Shown here: positions 61,789 through 64,000 of the stretch, piece by piece
Position numbering within the stretch: the stretch's first letter is position 1
Layout of the letters: every line of letters starts with the position of its first letter
Source: Cladosporium halotolerans
Taxonomy: Eukaryota
Length of the DNA stretch: 64,000 bases
Direction of reading: 5' to 3'
Assembly: GCF_011745625.1 (NCBI RefSeq)
Contig: NW_027191453.1
Coordinates: 186,001 to 250,000, forward strand
The notes under the pieces: model-generated
The model's database searches: none
Told to the model about the DNA's origin: nothing
What the model saw: the letters and a program-made list of their open reading frames with translations, nothing else
Made by a program: the position numbers and the translations under genes

Positions 61789-64000
61789 GGAAGGGTGTGT
61801 AGAGCGGTAGGTAGTACGGTAGTCGCAACGGCGCCGCGACCGACCGACGGATGGATCGACTGGCTGGCCGCCGCTGGGGCCGGCTTGTTTCCATTGATCG
61901 TCGTCGTCGTCGCGCGAGGTAGGGGAAACGCACGCGACGGCGGCGGGGATCGTCAGGATGGGATGGGGGAGCTAGCGAGCGATGCATGGATGGAGACATG
62001 GGATTCTGAGAAGAGTGGGGGGAGGCTATTTCCCTGTTCTGCTGCGCCTGCTCTAGCGCTGCGCTGCCGGCCGGGCGTCGCACACGAAACGATACGACAC
62101 GAGGTTCACGCCTAGTCTAGTTCACATCGACATCCATGTCCATGGCAGCAAGCGGCCGCCTTCCGCGCCGATCGACGGAGCGAGCTAGCGCTGCGGTTCC
62201 TCGCGAGCATCCTCCTCGAGCCTTGGGAGGGAGGGAGCGAGGGAGCCGTTGCGATCTCGCTCGCCTAGCTGCATGCAGCGCCGGCGCGTCGCTCTGCCGG
62301 TCGGGCTCGGGCCCGGGAGGCGCTGTGAGTACACAGCCATGCCGGAAGTTAGTCGATCGCCTCGTCGGACTTGAGCCCTGTGGTTTGCCGTTTGGGAGTG
62401 GGAGGGCGTTTTCCTATCGGGCCGTTTGCCTGGGGAGGCGTTTTTTGGGGGGAGATGGGTGATTAGTGATCTGGGAGTGGTGATGATGCTTGCGTGCATG
62501 GTGCATGGGCTGTTGATCTCTTGAGGGTTTTAGCGGCCGCGGGGTGGGAAGTGGAGGGGGCTTGTTGGGGATGATGGCACGGGCTGGATTGGACGGTGGG
62601 TGCGGATGATGGTACGCTGGACGCAAGCAAGACGACACGGTGGTCCAAGGGTAAATTGGGCGACGGGCTCGGCATGTGGGCGTTGGAGGAGCGGATGAAG
62701 TCGCAGGGCGCTGGGGCGGCGGAGGCAGGTGCGAGGGGCTGCAGAGCTCGTATCGACGCGAGGGGAGGGGCATGAAGTGAGGTCGCCGGGGCAGGGCGTG
62801 AGTGGGCGCGGCGGCAGCGGCTGGCGTGCGCACCGGCTTTCCGGGTCGCCGGGATCAGGAGGCGTGGGAGGGCCGGGGGGCTGTGCGCAGTGCGGCGCGA
62901 CAGGTGCAGGCGAGCAGGATTTGCGGATGCGAGCTTGCAGCTCGCTTGGCCTTGGCGGGGCAGCGATCGTCGCCTGCCCGAGCAGCCCGTGAGAGCCTGG
63001 CCATCTCAGGCCATCTCAGGCCGTCCAGCCCTGCCCTGGCACGCCTGGCCCGCCTGGCCTCGCGCGAACGACCGACACCCGCCGAAACAGGTCCGCCAAC
63101 ACCCACCGCCGGCACCAGCGCGTCAAAGCCCCCCGGGCCACCCAACGCCCCTCCAGCTGCTGCTGCGCGCCCGGGCCACCCGCTCCGCAACGCCCTTCCC
63201 GCCGCTTGCGATTGCCCCGCCCGGAGACTGCCTGTGGCTGCCTTGCTGCCTTGCTGCCTTGATAGTTTTGTGGCCTTACTGCCTGGCTGCCTGTGGCTCC
63301 ATTTCTGCCTTAATGGTTTGTTGCCTGACTGCCTGGCCTTGCTCCTCTGCTTCCCCGATCACGTGCTCCATCACCCCGACTTCAGCTGCCCAGCGCTCGC
63401 CTTCCTGTCTGCCTGCGCTCATCGCTCGCCATGCCTGCGCTCTTCTGTCGCCAGGCTGCGGCGTCATGTGACCTCATCCTCTCCAAGAGGGCCTTCTCTA
63501 CCTCACCTGCCCTCACACCCTTTCGACCCCGGCCGGCCGCCTTGCGAAAGGCCTTTCCCTGCCATGGCTTGCTTGCCCGAAGCGTCTGCTCTTTCTCCAA
63601 CGGTACGCCGGCCGCCGCCTCACGTGGCCATCCTCCCGACCCTTGCAACGCGACGATCCGTGCTACCCAGGGCTCATCGTAAGCAGTAGCCCTAGCATCG
63701 CCTTCCGTGCCAACACTCCCTAACGGCACCCAGACCTTGCCATAACGACCGCCTCCTAAGGCCCATCGCTTGTCTACCACAGACTAGGTCCTACTCTGCC
63801 GAGCCCGATCGGCCAAAGCAATCAGACGACAAGTCGCATAGTGTAGGTTCCGTCTTGCGTCTTTCCTATCTGCCCTTTCCCACCGGCGGACGATCGCATT
63901 CCTTCGCGCAACTGCGGCACTGGCTCCGAATCGGTCAAGCCACGCCCTCGCCATGAGTGGTCACATGAGCAACACTCCATGCGCCCTCCCGTTGCAGGTC

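Overview
Gene-dense euchromatic window of a filamentous ascomycete genome (Pezizomycotina, probably Dothideomycete-like): GC-rich, with mostly short GT-AG introns and CTRAC-type branch sites. I can support 17 protein-coding genes: POS5 NADH kinase, a DUF4203-type membrane protein, a DUF2423/UPF0642 small basic protein, SIZ1/Pli1 SUMO ligase, ERG3, THO2, a thioredoxin-fold protein without CxxC, RAD16, STH1/SNF2, HIS3, RPC19, complex I NDUFA6, BUD31, SLP1, GSK3, CBC1/STO1 and a WOR1/Ryp1/Sge1-type WOPR regulator. The WOR1-like gene sits in a long, microsatellite-rich non-coding region. I found no transposon, tRNA, rRNA or CRISPR array. The most interesting signals are post-transcriptional: (1) a codon-biased, in-frame 56-codon extension with three SUMO consensus sites directly behind the WOR1 TAG; (2) a coding-looking 385-nt intron that gives the DUF2423 protein two opposite-charge C-termini; (3) an internal splice site in the long BUD31 intron (poison or recursive splicing); (4) a possible spliced uORF whose stop overlaps the WOR1 start. 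Gene identities come from my recognition of motifs, and exon boundaries were read by eye; no database search was run.
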